Positions 50,473 to 61,044 of a stretch of DNA of 64,000 nucleotides are shown here, in pieces. The stretch is taken from assembly GCA_000002445.1 (NCBI GenBank), contig CP000068.1:928001-992000 (forward strand), given 5' to 3'. The stretch is from Trypanosoma brucei (Eukaryota). The notes beneath the pieces were generated by a model, which was not told the DNA's origin, searched no databases, and worked only from the letters and a program-made list of their open reading frames with translations. The stretch's first letter is position 1. Each line of letters begins with the position of its first letter. The position numbers and the translations under genes were made by a program.

Positions 50473-53400
50473 TTAAAGCTCCTGGACATTACTGAAGAAG
50501 GGGCTATTAGGGTTGAATTGAACATGCGTTGCCTCAAAGTTTTCACCCACAACCTCAAAACAATGCATTGCCATTTTTGCAGTTAGCCGCTTGTCGGGAT
50601 CGGTCACCAGTAGTGATAGAACGAAACTAGCAAATTCCAGCGAATAGTTTCGCGCCAGGATGTCGTTCATCACCATGGCAGCAAAACCCTCCCGTTCGGC
50701 CTCCTCGTACATCAGACGCACCGTCTGTACCGTTACACGGGCTGTTGCAAGAGCATACAGCACGCAACCGAGGCTCCACAAGTCGCTTGCTGTAGAGGTT
50801 TGACCAACCCAACACTCCGGTGCAATGTACGGTCGTGTGCCACCTCCTCGCCCCATCTTGCGGCGCCCCTCTAGCACAAAAGCAAGGCCAAAGTCCGTTA
50901 CAACAATAGGAATGATATCTGCTGTAATTCTCGTTGGGCAACCACCGCGACTGGTGGACCGCGGTGACTTTCCCCTTTCCTTCGGCGTTTCGTCAAACAC
51001 CTCAACTGCAACGGCAAGCGGAGAGGTAACGTCTTTCCCCTCCTTGCTTCCACCTTCCCTGTTGCAACCGTGATGAGATTTGCTGCCCCCATGCTCATGG
51101 CGCGAGCTCCCACTGCAGTCAAGGGGATTCCCACGAATAAGGATATTTTCGGGCTTAAGATCGCGGTGTACTATAGGCGGGCGCTGCGAGTGCAAGTGGT
51201 GAAGAACCGAAGAAAGTTGGTATGCAATTGAGAGTAGTTGCGGCTCCGTGAAGGGGTTTTCGCGCATCACAAACATGTCCTCCAGTTTCTTGTATATGTC
51301 ATTCATACCACTGCCACAGTTACTAGTGGAAGCCGCACCTACTCTACGGTCGGGTGCTGCGGCTCGCCCACATGGCGATGAACCGCAAGAGTCTTCTCCA
51401 CAAAACAACCTCGGCGCAGTGACTTCTGGAGGGAGAAGCGGGCTTTGACTGTTAGAGGAAATTAGACGCACCCCGTCCGAAGTATCCTCATCTCGTTTAT
51501 TAAGTTTTTCTTCATATGCACATGCTGCTTGCAGCTTTTCCCTCTCTAGTTGGGAGCGAACCTTGGGGTTATGGGTAGCGGAGTGTCGCATAGCGTAACC
51601 ACAGAGGTCACCAAGCGGATGATACTCCATGACAAGTCCTAGATAGCGGCTATGAGCTAGTCCTTGGTCCGGTGATGGCTGTGAAGAACGTTCCCTCACT
51701 TCAGCCACTGGTTTGAGTGGTGAGTGGCAGAGTGAAGCTGGAGGTACATTATCATTCGTTGGTAATATAACAACTCCATTTCCCATTGAGTATGGCTGTC
51801 TCCCCGGTGTTTGTGTGCCGTCCACCCTATGGTTGGTGTTAGTCACGGCACCAAGCGAGTGAGAACAAACATTGTTTCGGCCTCTTTCACTACGTTGAAC
51901 CTGCTGCCCCATCAGTGACGGTTGATATGTCGCCACTGTTTGCAAAGATGACACGCGACCCTCCCTTCCAATGTGGCCACCTAAAATACTAGAAGTGTCA
52001 ATTTCTGCAGTCAACACTTTAGTTGAGCTATTCCTCTGGAGGCGAGCTGCACGCACGGCGTCTGCGACCGACTTCGGTTTGGACATCGCCGGCACCGAAC
52101 AATGCGTAGGTGCGCAGGCGCATAAGTCCTCCGCCACAAAGTTGGTGTATTGCACACTTCCGGCGGCCGGTTGCACGTAATTGGGTAATGTGGGTGTTGG
52201 CGGTAATGCCGGTTGTGGACATCTGGCGACACCAGAAGCAGATATTGCGATATCGAAGTCCTTGTAGTGTATTCCACCCCGTGGAGCATAGCTTGTTCTC
52301 TTTGAAGTGGTAAGTGATTCGCCCTCCTGCTGTTGCTGCTCGCACTGGTCGTTGTTTTCGCCCTGTTGTTGTTGTTGAACTATAGGGGACGGCATTGGTT
52401 CCGTGGGTTGCGCAAAGTTGGGGTAGTGAACCACGATGGCTTGCTGTCGGGCTGGTGTAGTTAGCTGCGATGGTGTACCTACGGTCCTTACTGCTACAGT
52501 TGCCGAGTTCCCCTCTGCTCCAACAGCACTGGACGTGGTTAAACGGGTCGGTGCATTTGGCGGTGATGTTTCATGCACATCAGGAGGAGGCTGTGCGTGG
52601 TTTGAAGACCGTACACTTCCACAATGTGTTGACACCGAGGCAGCAGATGCTGATGGAGGAGGTGCAGTGGAGACCAGATTGTCCTCTTTACTCCGCTTGC
52701 CGATCGACGGTGGTGGCATATAAGACACTTCATCCGTACCTTTAGCCGTGTGTGATCTCGCAGGATCTGTGATATCGACCTTCTGAGGTTCAGCCAACGG
52801 TTTCTGACTTGCCGGCACTTCAGGTATATTACGTTTTTCTCCATGCGGTCCCGCAGGTGCACGCGGGATACCTGCATCCAACAGAGGTGCGTCGAGGCGC
52901 GAACAATTTATTTCCTTCGATGCAAACGCACAAGATCCTCGCTTCGGCTGAAAAACATATGGAGATGTCATCGCATGCGCCAAGAAGGCCTGTGGTGTTG
53001 AAGGAGATTCATTACCACCTGTAAACTCATAATTCATGAACATTTCCACAATTCGTATAATGTTTGGGTGGCCCTGCAGGGAGTTAATTGTTTCACACTC
53101 CCTTAGTGCGTCTAAGCGTTCTTTGTTATCTCTGCACACAAGGTATTTGAGAGCGAACTGCTGTTTGCTGCGTCTATGCTTGACCAAATATACAGACGAA
53201 AATGCACCTTCTCCAATACGTCGTACCACCTCGTAGCGCGAGTCCCGTGTAGTGTTCTTTACCACCATATCCATCTCTGTTCTGAAATTTGCACCATCCC
53301 CAGCAATTCTTAGATTCCGCGGAGTTGCAGCCGACCCACTTGCGGCTTCGGCAACTTTCCTCCTATGGCTTCTATCTGGTTCTGCCACGAACTGCCTTCT

Positions 53401-55401
53401 CCCGCCTGCCCTTTTGGGAGATATTCTGCTACCAATTGTCTTTCTCTCTTCCTTCGCAAGAAGATGTACAGTATAGTCCCCATCGGGTCCCCCAGCGGTT
53501 ACAGGACGAGAAATTACCGTTGTTGTCACCACCACCACGATAAGACCAGCGAGGCAAGTGGTAAAGACGCCAATAGTGTACAGAAGTTTGCGGTTTAGAC
53601 CTTCCTGGGGTTGCGGAGTCACCTCATGATGAATTCTGAACGGCGTGAAGGTGACCGGAGTATAGAGAAGAGACATTTCTACCGCTGCAGGGCAACCTCT
53701 GTCCACACAAGGGAGAGGTACAAAACCATTGGCAAAGCACACGAAAACACGCGTTGCCTCACCCATTGGGTAGAACACCGCCACCGTCGCTTCGTCCTCT
53801 TGCTGGAATACTTGTGCGTCCGTAGTCCCCGCCACGTTATCCGTACAGCGGACATTACTAGACAACCGCACAAATCCGCTGCGGGGTGGCCGCAAGGTGA
53901 GGTTAAGCGGGACACCAACGGGTATTACAGCACGCACCTCAGCTACGCTTGTGACCGCAACATCACTCGCACGGTAGAAGAGACGAGTGGAAGCCGTACC
54001 ATCAGCATCGAAACCACCAATATTAAAGAACACCATGGTTGCACCAAGAAGTCCAGTTGAGAGTGGGAAAGCAAAGGGTGTTGATATCTCAGTTGGAAGT
54101 GGGCTTCTACCGCCAATCAGCGGTTCCCACATATCTGGGCTGCTATCATTTCCGTTGTTGGGATTTGTGTGGTTGAAAAGTTTCTCAATGTCGAGGCAAT
54201 TGACGAAACTACTATTCATCATAACGCACAACCTACCGTTGAAGGCAAACATATGCCTTTTTTGAGGACTGGGAATGCTCAGTTCCATGTTACATGGCAC
54301 ACCAGGTATAAGAGACAAGGAAAGGGACGCACTAGTTTTGCTACTGTTGTCGTCATTTACAAGCGGATCACTTTCAACAAGCATAACAACCTGCACTGCG
54401 GGTGTAGGACACCACAAACCCACGGAAGATACTTCACCGGAATTGTCTGTCGCATTGACCCATTTGTGCCCCTCTGAGCACTCGCGAAACAGTTCCGATT
54501 CCCGCTGCTCAAGGGGCCCGTCATGATGCACCTCACCACCGACAACATACATAAGTGCGTTATCAAGTGTGACGAGCGGGTTTCGCACTGCCGTTGTGAG
54601 GTTGAAGATATCGGGATGGTACTGCCGTTTCTGTGTATCATACACATCCACAGTGCCAATAACTCCGCCCGTGTTCATATCAACTCCGCCCACGATGAAG
54701 AGTAAATGGCCATGTGAGGCACATGTAGCGTTGGCACGAAGTACTGTGCCCGCTGGTACACTGTCACCCACGCGCTCTTCCGCCTCTGCTCCCCTTGAGT
54801 CACTGACCCATGACTGTATGAGAAAGTGATCCACAACTTTGGTCATATCATTAGAGAGTGCCCATATGCTCGCGTACTGCTCCCTAACCAACGGGGACTG
54901 CGGAAACCCATCCCTCTCAGGGTAGTAATAACTGCAGGCACCAACAACATATACGCCCGAATTGTTTTGGTCATCAATATCATCTACCCGTACTGCACTC
55001 GTGGGGCCAGCCACCATAAGAGGTGTTGCATTCCCGTGTGCCCCACTACCAAGTCCTCGACCGCCCAGTTTGATGGGAAGTTCCATGTGCTGTGGCTCCG
55101 TTTGATCACTGGGGTCCACAATGTCAACGGCATTGACGCGCTGAGTACACGCAACATCTCTACAACCACCAATGATGACGAGGGAACCATTTAACCACAC
55201 AACGGCACTGTATGCTCGACCAATCGCCATTTCCGAGTCAAACGGTACCCATGAATCATCAGAATCCTTCAATGTACCATTGGTCGCGCGCCTAAGAGTT
55301 GAAGATTCTGCCTCACCCAACAGATAAACAACATTTGCGCCAAACAAAATTGTTACAAAAGCTACAAACACCAACATACAGAACAATGGCCGCACAACCA
55401 T
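50473..55401 (-). CDS. Receptor-type transmembrane Ser/Thr protein kinase A: signal peptide, kelch-like beta-propeller ectodomain, single TM helix, cytoplasmic kinase domain with very large low-complexity inserts
   Basis: The ORF-track start at 55611 is TTG and reads through a (TA)n repeat; the first ATG at 55401 begins MVVRPLFCMLVFVAFVTILFGANVVYLLG, a signal peptide or anchor. Ectodomain has repeated kelch-like motifs (VVWLNGSLVIIGG, YVVGACSYYYPERDG, LLFIVGGVDMNTGG, LMYVVGGEVHHDG). TM helix LLYTIGVFTTCLAGLIVVVVTTTVI. Kinase motifs: IGEGAFSSVYLV, FALKYL, HRDLKPENILI, VVTDFGLAF, YIAPECW, DLWSLGCVLY. Confidence 0.8.
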   Translation of the reverse strand: MVVRPLFCMLVFVAFVTILFGANVVYLLGEAESSTLRRATNGTLKDSDDSWVPFDSEMAIGRAYSAVVWLNGSLVIIGGCRDVACTQRVNAVDIVDPSDQTEPQHMELPIKLGGRGLGSGAHGNATPLMVAGPTSAVRVDDIDDQNNSGVYVVGACSYYYPERDGFPQSPLVREQYASIWALSNDMTKVVDHFLIQSWVSDSRGAEAEERVGDSVPAGTVLRANATCASHGHLLFIVGGVDMNTGGVIGTVDVYDTQKRQYHPDIFNLTTAVRNPLVTLDNALMYVVGGEVHHDGPLEQRESELFRECSEGHKWVNATDNSGEVSSVGLWCPTPAVQVVMLVESDPLVNDDNSSKTSASLSLSLIPGVPCNMELSIPSPQKRHMFAFNGRLCVMMNSSFVNCLDIEKLFNHTNPNNGNDSSPDMWEPLIGGRSPLPTEISTPFAFPLSTGLLGATMVFFNIGGFDADGTASTRLFYRASDVAVTSVAEVRAVIPVGVPLNLTLRPPRSGFVRLSSNVRCTDNVAGTTDAQVFQQEDEATVAVFYPMGEATRVFVCFANGFVPLPCVDRGCPAAVEMSLLYTPVTFTPFRIHHEVTPQPQEGLNRKLLYTIGVFTTCLAGLIVVVVTTTVISRPVTAGGPDGDYTVHLLAKEERKTIGSRISPKRAGGRRQFVAEPDRSHRRKVAEAASGSAATPRNLRIAGDGANFRTEMDMVVKNTTRDSRYEVVRRIGEGAFSSVYLVKHRRSKQQFALKYLVCRDNKERLDALRECETINSLQGHPNIIRIVEMFMNYEFTGGNESPSTPQAFLAHAMTSPYVFQPKRGSCAFASKEINCSRLDAPLLDAGIPRAPAGPHGEKRNIPEVPASQKPLAEPQKVDITDPARSHTAKGTDEVSYMPPPSIGKRSKEDNLVSTAPPPSASAASVSTHCGSVRSSNHAQPPPDVHETSPPNAPTRLTTSSAVGAEGNSATVAVRTVGTPSQLTTPARQQAIVVHYPNFAQPTEPMPSPIVQQQQQGENNDQCEQQQQEGESLTTSKRTSYAPRGGIHYKDFDIAISASGVARCPQPALPPTPTLPNYVQPAAGSVQYTNFVAEDLCACAPTHCSVPAMSKPKSVADAVRAARLQRNSSTKVLTAEIDTSSILGGHIGREGRVSSLQTVATYQPSLMGQQVQRSERGRNNVCSHSLGAVTNTNHRVDGTQTPGRQPYSMGNGVVILPTNDNVPPASLCHSPLKPVAEVRERSSQPSPDQGLAHSRYLGLVMEYHPLGDLCGYAMRHSATHNPKVRSQLEREKLQAACAYEEKLNKRDEDTSDGVRLISSNSQSPLLPPEVTAPRLFCGEDSCGSSPCGRAAAPDRRVGAASTSNCGSGMNDIYKKLEDMFVMRENPFTEPQLLSIAYQLSSVLHHLHSQRPPIVHRDLKPENILIRGNPLDCSGSSRHEHGGSKSHHGCNREGGSKEGKDVTSPLAVAVEVFDETPKERGKSPRSTSRGGCPTRITADIIPIVVTDFGLAFVLEGRRKMGRGGGTRPYIAPECWVGQTSTASDLWSLGCVLYALATARVTVQTVRLMYEEAEREGFAAMVMNDILARNYSLEFASFVLSLLVTDPDKRLTAKMAMHCFEVVGENFEATHVQFNPNSPFFSNVQEL

Positions 55402-56181
55402 TGTATATATATATATATATTTTTTTTTTATAACTTCTTTTATCCAAGTGTTTTTATGACTGTCTGTATGAAAGTTCGGATACAATTCGCCAGAAATCCG
55501 GGGACTAGCGGGTAGCAAATGTGGCAGTGACGCCAGAGCACCACGAACTGCTCTTCCCCCTCCTCCACTGCTACCAATAATGTAGTTGTACTGTAAACAA
55601 TCACAACACAAATAAATAAGTAAATAAAGGGAAAGTTTGCACCATTAATGACAGGAAAAGTCAAGGAAGATATCAAGAAGGGAGTACGAGTAGTATGGGC
55701 GTTGCAAGTGATGGCAACAAAAAAATCAGAGGGAACAGAATGATTTCGTTCGCCACTTCCCTTTTCTACAACTGTGACCGTGCATATTAGTGGAAGGTAC
55801 ATCAGGGAGGGGGAAAGGATTGACTGATATTACTGAAGAATAAAAAGTTATATATATTTACGGAGAGGGGGGGGAGAGAACAGGAAAAACAATTAGCGGA
55901 TGGAAAAAGTGGGCTTACTGTACTCATATATCCGTTCTCCACTTTTTTTCATTTTTTAAAAAAATCAAAGCACCAAATCGGAAAACTCGGACGGACACTG
56001 CTATATACCGCAGTAAGGAACTAAAACAAAATGCGTACAGAAACAATAAATTATATATACGTCCGTAAGATAGTTTGAATCTACTTTGAAACTCTTGTTA
56101 CACAACTTTCTCCTTGTACGCTAACATCAACTGAGACACACCTATATCCACACACATACACACGCACAAGCAAGCAAACGA

Positions 56182-56212
<31 letters not shown>

Positions 56213-56769
56213 ATAGTGGTGGTAATGAACAAAATAGAGTCCAACAGCTGAAGACACGGAATAGTTCAATAACGTAATAAAAAAAGAAGCAAGCAAATAG
56301 AAAAAAAGTTGAAAGGGCGCTAACCGCAACGACCGCAAGGATGGGGTAGTTCCCCGTTTACAGGTTTAGAGGACCGGCAGTAGAAACGCAACCCCTAATG
56401 AATAAAATATGTCCCGCCAACAAACCGTTGCACGACAAAGATTAACCGAAGTAAACACCATACTACTTTTCATTCCCGCGAGTCTTGCATCATACCATTC
56501 GCCAGTATAGTCGTGATGCTTACGGAACGGCTGCAGCAGCGCCATGCAGGTGGTACATCACTGCTAACGATCCAACCCTTCACCAGTTGTCACCTTTCCC
56601 CCTTTCCCCAATTTCGTCCTCGTACCTTCCTTACCAACTACTTCCAGCTGATCAATTATCAGACTCTCATTTCTTCCTCTTTCTGCTTTCTTTACAATCC
56701 TCACTGTCCTCTCCTCACCTGCTAGCTAATAAAGAATAAATACCATCTTTATTTCGACACCAGTGACCC

Positions 56770-59700
56770 TCAAACGTTTTTGGAAACTGTCAGTGGCACC
56801 GGAGATTCCCTTTTCGATGAATTAAGAGAAGTTGCAACAAGTGAAGGAGACTCTCGTGCAATAAAAAATTCGCACTGCTCACCCTCCTCTGCGACAGTTT
56901 CGAAATACTGTTGGAGCACCTGCAATCGGCGACTCCTTCTACCATTTGGGGAGCCTAGTTTGTGTGCCCGAGCAACCGGAGGAACGTCCATCGTATTATG
57001 GTGTTCCTGTCGCATGCCCTGGCTTGAATCAGCGTGTGATCCATGGGAGAAACTAGTAATGGGAGGCATATTTTGTGACTCTACCGCTTTTGGTGGGGGA
57101 CTATTTAGTCCGAATCCTTCACCGGCCCCTCCAGACGGTGTAACAACTTCAACTGTGGCCCCACTGCGGTGCGTAGAGAAACTTGTAGATTTCAGCGTCC
57201 CGCAGACTACATCAGATCCTTGACCACTTACCGGTGCCCTCGATTCACCTCCGTATCCACTGACTTCCTCAGACGTCGCAGCCACCAACTGTTTATAGGA
57301 ATCGTCATGCATTATTCCACCTTCTGCTCCATTTCCTTCCTCATCACTGCATCCACTCGCAACATCATCGTCCCCCTTATACACCGTAACCATCGCAGCC
57401 TCTTCCGTCAGGCCATCCGTACCCTTACGACGCCTGCGAATAAATCTCAGGGCTTCCTCAGCACTTGGCCGGCGAGCTGGATCTGGCTCCAAAAGATAAA
57501 CAATGAAGGCCGCAAGTGCCATACTATACCCGTATACCTGTGTTAATTCTTCCAGCAACTTCTTTTTGAAGTCTGGTTTGTTGGACTCGCTAAACATAAC
57601 TTTTACATTGTCACTTTCTACGCGCTTTGCGCATACGGCGTAAAGAATGCACCCGGTGGCCCAAATATCCACCTTTGTGGAGTAGTGTCGCTGCCAACAC
57701 TCCGGTGCCACATACGGCAGCGAACCGACGCCCGTTTCGCAGAAGGTCTTGTCCATCACACGCGAAAGTCCAAAGTCTGTCACAACAATGCGCAGCGTCT
57801 CCTCTGAGGCGCCGGTGCCGATTCTTCCGCTGCTGTTCTTCGAACTCCAATCTACCCTGTCATATCTATCCCGGTTCCTCCCCCTTTTCACAGCAGGCGA
57901 CGAATCGAGAAGAATGTTTTCTGGCTTTAAGTCACGGTGAATGATTGGCGGTTTTTGTTGGTGCATGAACTGCAGAACCGTTAGTATCTGAAATGCAATG
58001 CTCACCACTGTCTTTTCAGGAATCTTTGGTTCTGACTTTTGTTGCCGCACCCACATACCCAAGTCCCCCCTCTCATGATAAGCCATTACAAGTGATAAGT
58101 ACCGCTCCCCCGCCTGGGGGCGGTGTGATGGTACGTGGGATTCTGATTCATCACCGCTGCCTACACGGTGAATGCGAGTGGGATCGTGTAGCAGCAGCTC
58201 ACCGCGACACTGACGTCGATACGCGCCTTTCCTCCCATCAACGCCGTCGGAGGTCGGTAGATGGGTATCAAACCGATAGGACATGAACATGTCAACGAGG
58301 CATATCACATTTGGGTGCCCTTGAAGGGTGTAAGCGACCTCACACTCTCGCATGGCCTCGTGACGATCCATGTCATCGGCACATTGAACGTACTTCAATG
58401 CGAATCGTTCTCCATCCATCACTCGTTCCACAAGGTACACTACGGAGAATCCACCCCTACCGAGGCGGCGCAGTACCCGGTATTTTCCATCCAGCAAACT
58501 TTGTTTCTGGTGCACCGGAAGAGCAGCACCTGGACCGAAACCTCGGCGATGTCTGCTCTTATCATCATTTTCGTCATCGTAGTCACCAGATTCGTCCTCC
58601 GAGAAACATCCTTCGACTACAGTCACATCAACTTCCTTACCATGTTTGTGCCTTATAGCATAACTTATCATGCTAGCACTCCACAGCACTAAACTCACAC
58701 CACATCCTACTGCCACACCAACAAGGTAAAGTGGTTCAACAGCTGGTGGCGGCACCGGCTGAGGACCTGGTGGATCCGGTACCCAATGAGTTACAGGGGA
58801 AAGAACAAATGGGTCGTTTGCATTTAGTGGTCGGTAGAAACCAGTAGTACACGGTCCTTGATGCGCATCCATCGCGCCCAGCGGTACGTGTGGCGCCCTT
58901 AACATTGATGAGGATGATTCATGCACCGCCCTCTCGTTACACCGCTGGACGGTGGCCGCTCCAGTGGAGAAGCAGACATAAACAAACAACTGCTCGTAAA
59001 ACACATTATCTGTATCATTACCGAAACTTCTTTGCGTTGGTCGGGGATGAAACACAAATTCATCTCGATGTGTGGTGCTGGTGTTTATGTAAGGAGTGGT
59101 GATATTATGTATACCGTTTATGAGGGAGCCAGTGAGAGTGATCGGACCCACGGCAACGGTGTTCACGACCGCGGAGACGTTCTTGCCCGGGTCAGTCATA
59201 TTTACTACGTAGGGCCAAGTATTGGCGAATGACAAATTCCCCAAGTTTAACAATACAGAGTTGCACGCAGGCGAATCGGAAAGCCGCAACAAACATGTTG
59301 ATGATGTTAGATTGCCGCTCACTTCCCCTGTAGCATTGATGCCCTGACAGGCAGTTGAAATCTGTTCCGACAAAAGGATTGCAAACGTGAAATTATACCA
59401 CAGTGGCTTATACCCGTTTACGTGCACTGTCCAGTTTCCGTCTTTATTTGGCAAGTCCGCCGGAGGGGGCGTTGGTTGATCGTGCATTGTTGCATTAGCT
59501 GTTGGTTGCTCCTCGTCATGAAATGGGTCGTCGAGAACACTCTGCCCCGTATGTGATATACTGTCCACCTCTGTCGTATCTCCTTTCGAAAATTTGGCCT
59601 CTACTATTTGGCCTCCTTCCCCACTGCGCGCTATTCCTAACATTTGCCGGTGTGTCGCGTCATCTGCCACTGAAATGTAGTTAAATCCCTGCACCGTCAC

Positions 59701-61044
59701 ATCAGCATGACCGTCTGCAACATGCACGTTACCGGTGAAGAGATCGCGTGAAATACCCGTCCCATCCGGTGGGGGTATTTGCCCGCCTATGAGATAGAGT
59801 GACATGCCGTCGGCATTTGGTACGGAAGCAATAACGGCGTTGGTACGCAGCGGTGCAAAACCAATCATCACATCTGTCGCGTCACTACCCGGCCCTGAGA
59901 GGTCCACCCATGACTCCAGTCGATCGAAAGAACGTCGATATGTTGCCGCAATCATTGCCAACGTTCGATTGTATATCATGAGCTGCGGCGACAACCAGTC
60001 TAACAACTCAGAGTCGAACTGACCAACATCTGCCGTGAAGTATGTGGGGTCCACAACATACACGTTGTCGTTGTATTCTGGCCAGCCTCTGTAGTCACGG
60101 CAGCCCCCTCCAATAAACACAAGCTCACTGTTGTCTACCACGCCCGGTGTAATAAGTGAGGTGCCCAACCCCCAACCAGCGTCGACAAATTGTCCAGTAA
60201 CTGTGTTGAACTGTGAAACGGACGTCATGGGGTTACCATCTATTAACGATACACCACCTACGATATAAATTGTACCATTGCCATTCCCCACACAACTAGC
60301 GTTGAAGCGAAGTGTTGCGGTGTCGGGAATCGAAATGTGTTGTATATCCATTGAGAGATCATCCACTGGAGGGAACTGCTGTTGGTACAACCTAATTACT
60401 TGGACAGATCGAAGAGTTGCATTGATTGTTTGCCCGCGACCAGGACGAACACCATAGGGAAGCATTGTACAGAAGCCAATAACGTACACTGTCGATCCCA
60501 GCCGAACTGCGTTTGATGTTCCGACAGCCGGAAAGTGCAACTTCGCCGGCACGCGCACGTCCCCTTTGGTTCTCCCGTGAAAAGTTTCACTACCACTACC
60601 GTCGTGTGCAAATGTTGCATTATCTTGAAACATCATGGGTGTCACAAATGTCTCGGTAGTTATATCCAAAGCACTGATCGTGGTAAGTGCGTAATACCGG
60701 ACGAAGTTCTCTGCCGATGTGAAGGGCCGAACGAGCCGGGTACCTCCAACGATAAGAACATAACGACCCATCGATACCGCTGACGGCAAAATACCCGTTA
60801 CGTTGAGGCTGGCTTTGCTTGGACTCCATCCCGTAAAGGTAACAGTTGTTTGGTCGGTGTCATCGTCAAGGAGAGATGATACCGCTTGAACGGCATTAGC
60901 AGATTCGTGACGCCGCGCAGGCGTGGCCCTCAGTGGCGCTGCTAAGGAATAACGGGATGTGAGGGAGAGGAGCAGCAGAGCCCATATCCTAAGAAAAAGG
61001 CAATATCTAACCAACACCATGCGTCCTCCTGGCGTTGTGGTCAT
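56770..61044 (-). CDS. Receptor-type transmembrane Ser/Thr protein kinase B, a paralog of kinase A: signal peptide, kelch-like ectodomain, TM helix, kinase domain
   Basis: The ORF-track start at 61089 is TTG; in-frame ATGs lie at 61044 and 61020 (MVLVRYCLFLRIWALLLLSLTSRYSLAAP signal peptide). Kelch-like motifs (GRYVLIVGGTRL, STVYVIGFC, GTIYIVGGVSLIDG, SELVFIGGGC, MSLYLIGGQIP). TM helix LYLVGVAVGCGVSLVLWSASMISYAI. Kinase motifs: LGRGGFSVVYLV, FALKYV, HRDLKPENILL, VVTDFGLSRV, YVAPECW. Shares the FALKY, GHPN(I/V)I, MFM(N/S)Y, LVM(E/A)YH and PPI(V/I)HRDLKPENIL blocks with kinase A. Confidence 0.8.
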   Translation of the reverse strand: MTTTPGGRMVLVRYCLFLRIWALLLLSLTSRYSLAAPLRATPARRHESANAVQAVSSLLDDDTDQTTVTFTGWSPSKASLNVTGILPSAVSMGRYVLIVGGTRLVRPFTSAENFVRYYALTTISALDITTETFVTPMMFQDNATFAHDGSGSETFHGRTKGDVRVPAKLHFPAVGTSNAVRLGSTVYVIGFCTMLPYGVRPGRGQTINATLRSVQVIRLYQQQFPPVDDLSMDIQHISIPDTATLRFNASCVGNGNGTIYIVGGVSLIDGNPMTSVSQFNTVTGQFVDAGWGLGTSLITPGVVDNSELVFIGGGCRDYRGWPEYNDNVYVVDPTYFTADVGQFDSELLDWLSPQLMIYNRTLAMIAATYRRSFDRLESWVDLSGPGSDATDVMIGFAPLRTNAVIASVPNADGMSLYLIGGQIPPPDGTGISRDLFTGNVHVADGHADVTVQGFNYISVADDATHRQMLGIARSGEGGQIVEAKFSKGDTTEVDSISHTGQSVLDDPFHDEEQPTANATMHDQPTPPPADLPNKDGNWTVHVNGYKPLWYNFTFAILLSEQISTACQGINATGEVSGNLTSSTCLLRLSDSPACNSVLLNLGNLSFANTWPYVVNMTDPGKNVSAVVNTVAVGPITLTGSLINGIHNITTPYINTSTTHRDEFVFHPRPTQRSFGNDTDNVFYEQLFVYVCFSTGAATVQRCNERAVHESSSSMLRAPHVPLGAMDAHQGPCTTGFYRPLNANDPFVLSPVTHWVPDPPGPQPVPPPAVEPLYLVGVAVGCGVSLVLWSASMISYAIRHKHGKEVDVTVVEGCFSEDESGDYDDENDDKSRHRRGFGPGAALPVHQKQSLLDGKYRVLRRLGRGGFSVVYLVERVMDGERFALKYVQCADDMDRHEAMRECEVAYTLQGHPNVICLVDMFMSYRFDTHLPTSDGVDGRKGAYRRQCRGELLLHDPTRIHRVGSGDESESHVPSHRPQAGERYLSLVMAYHERGDLGMWVRQQKSEPKIPEKTVVSIAFQILTVLQFMHQQKPPIIHRDLKPENILLDSSPAVKRGRNRDRYDRVDWSSKNSSGRIGTGASEETLRIVVTDFGLSRVMDKTFCETGVGSLPYVAPECWQRHYSTKVDIWATGCILYAVCAKRVESDNVKVMFSESNKPDFKKKLLEELTQVYGYSMALAAFIVYLLEPDPARRPSAEEALRFIRRRRKGTDGLTEEAAMVTVYKGDDDVASGCSDEEGNGAEGGIMHDDSYKQLVAATSEEVSGYGGESRAPVSGQGSDVVCGTLKSTSFSTHRSGATVEVVTPSGGAGEGFGLNSPPPKAVESQNMPPITSFSHGSHADSSQGMRQEHHNTMDVPPVARAHKLGSPNGRRSRRLQVLQQYFETVAEEGEQCEFFIARESPSLVATSLNSSKRESPVPLTVSKNV

